Assembly: GCA_964596665.1 (NCBI GenBank)
Contig: CAZQVD010000002.1
Span: 1-36,083, forward strand
Length of the DNA stretch: 36,083 nt
DNA from: an uncultured Dehalococcoidia bacterium
Lineage (GTDB): Bacteria; Chloroflexota; Dehalococcoidia; Lucifugimonadales; Australimonadaceae
Direction of reading: 5' to 3'
Shown piece after piece: positions 35,171-36,083 of this stretch (within the stretch, counting starts at the first letter, position 1; each line of letters begins with the position of its first letter). Under the pieces are notes generated by a model. It saw nothing but the letters and a program-made list of their open reading frames with translations. It was not told the DNA's origin and ran no database searches. Both the position numbers and the translations under genes were made by a program.

Positions 35171-36016
35171 ATGCCGATCCGCACGACCAAGCTGATGGAG
35201 ATGAAGCAGGCGGGCGAGCGCATCGCGTGTGTTACCGCCTACGACTTCCCCACGGCCAGGCTCGCCACCGCGGCCGGCCTGCCACTAATCCTTGTCGGCG
35301 ACAGCCTGGGCAACGTGGTGCTCGGATACGACAGCACGTTGCCGGTGACCATGGACGACATGGTGCACCACACGCGGGCGGTGGTCCGCGGCGCGCCGGA
35401 TGCGCTGGTGGTGGCGGACATGCCGTTCATGAGCTACCAGATCAACGCGGACGAGGCAATGCGCAATGCCGGGCGGCTCATGCAAGAGGGTGGGGCGAGC
35501 GCGGTCAAGCTTGAGGGCGGCCAGCACATCGCCGAGACGGTGACGCGCCTCACGGATGCGGGCATACCAGTGATGGGCCATCTGGGACTCACGCCTCAGT
35601 CGGTGAACCAGCTCGGCGGTTACCGTGTGCAGGGCCGCACGCTGGCCGAGGCTCAGCGCATGCTCGACGACGCGGAGGCGCTCGAGCGGGGGGGTGCGTT
35701 CTCCATCGTGCTTGAGGCGGTCCCTGCGCCATTGGCGGCCGTCGTCACCAAGCGTCTGCGCGTGCCGACCATCGGCATCGGTGCGGGCGCGGAGTGCGAT
35801 GGTCAGATCCAGGTGCTCCACGACATCCTCGGCCTCGGTACGCGCCAGCCCAAGCATGGGAAGCGGTACGTCGACCTGAACGCGGTGATCGGCGAGGCGC
35901 TGCAGCGGTATGCCGCCCAGGTCCGCGAGGGTACGTTCCCGGCAGAGGAGCATGCGACGGACATCGACGATGCGGTCCTGCTGGAGCTGTTGGGCGCCGT
36001 CGACTCGGAGCGCTGA
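35171..36016 (+). CDS. panB: 3-methyl-2-oxobutanoate hydroxymethyltransferase
   Basis: TAYD, ILVGDSLG, VADMPFMSY, AVKLEGG, GHLGLTPQS, TIGIGAG..CDGQ; AAGGAGG RBS. Confidence 0.98.
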   Translation: MPIRTTKLMEMKQAGERIACVTAYDFPTARLATAAGLPLILVGDSLGNVVLGYDSTLPVTMDDMVHHTRAVVRGAPDALVVADMPFMSYQINADEAMRNAGRLMQEGGASAVKLEGGQHIAETVTRLTDAGIPVMGHLGLTPQSVNQLGGYRVQGRTLAEAQRMLDDAEALERGGAFSIVLEAVPAPLAAVVTKRLRVPTIGIGAGAECDGQIQVLHDILGLGTRQPKHGKRYVDLNAVIGEALQRYAAQVREGTFPAEEHATDIDDAVLLELLGAVDSER

Positions 36017-36083
36017 TGCTCCGAGTCGAAACGGTCGCGGCGCTGCGCGAAGCGGTCGGCGCAGCCGCGCGCCCGCTGGGCCT
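36016..36083 (+). CDS. panC: Pantoate--beta-alanine ligase, N-terminus (partial, runs off window end)
   Basis: TGATG overlap with panB; MLRVETVAALREAVGAAARPLG resembles the PanC N-terminus preceding the VPTMG motif. Call rests mainly on synteny. Confidence 0.7.
   Translation, partial: MLRVETVAALREAVGAAARPLG

Overview
GC-rich (roughly two-thirds G+C) bacterial chromosomal window. Gene content and protein style suggest Chloroflexota, probably Dehalococcoidia/SAR202-like (inference). About 35 CDS are supported: lpdA-korA-korB, an RlmD-Maf fusion followed by tatA/B-tatC-MFS, two SDRs, DUF885, a family III CoA-transferase with EamA, an amidohydrolase, two 4,5-dihydroxyphthalate-decarboxylase-like paralogues, xdhC-mocA, thrS, gpsA, hrcA (frameshifted)-dnaJ-prmA with a CIRCE, a GuaB3-type IMPDH, and a pantothenate operon (P1 peptidase, PanG-like, panB, start of panC). 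No rRNA, tRNA, CRISPR array, transposase or integrase was seen. The most notable signals are mostly non-coding or missed by the ORF track: (1) a ~170-nt pan-operon leader with a consensus promoter and mutually exclusive terminator/antiterminator helices, a candidate riboswitch or attenuator; (2) a dispersed ~115-bp MITE/REP-like repeat family with about nine copies or fragments; (3) a 24-aa hydrophobic small ORF with a perfect but sequestrable Shine-Dalgarno; (4) the RlmD-Maf fusion; (5) many apparently leaderless genes. All RNA folds were done by eye.
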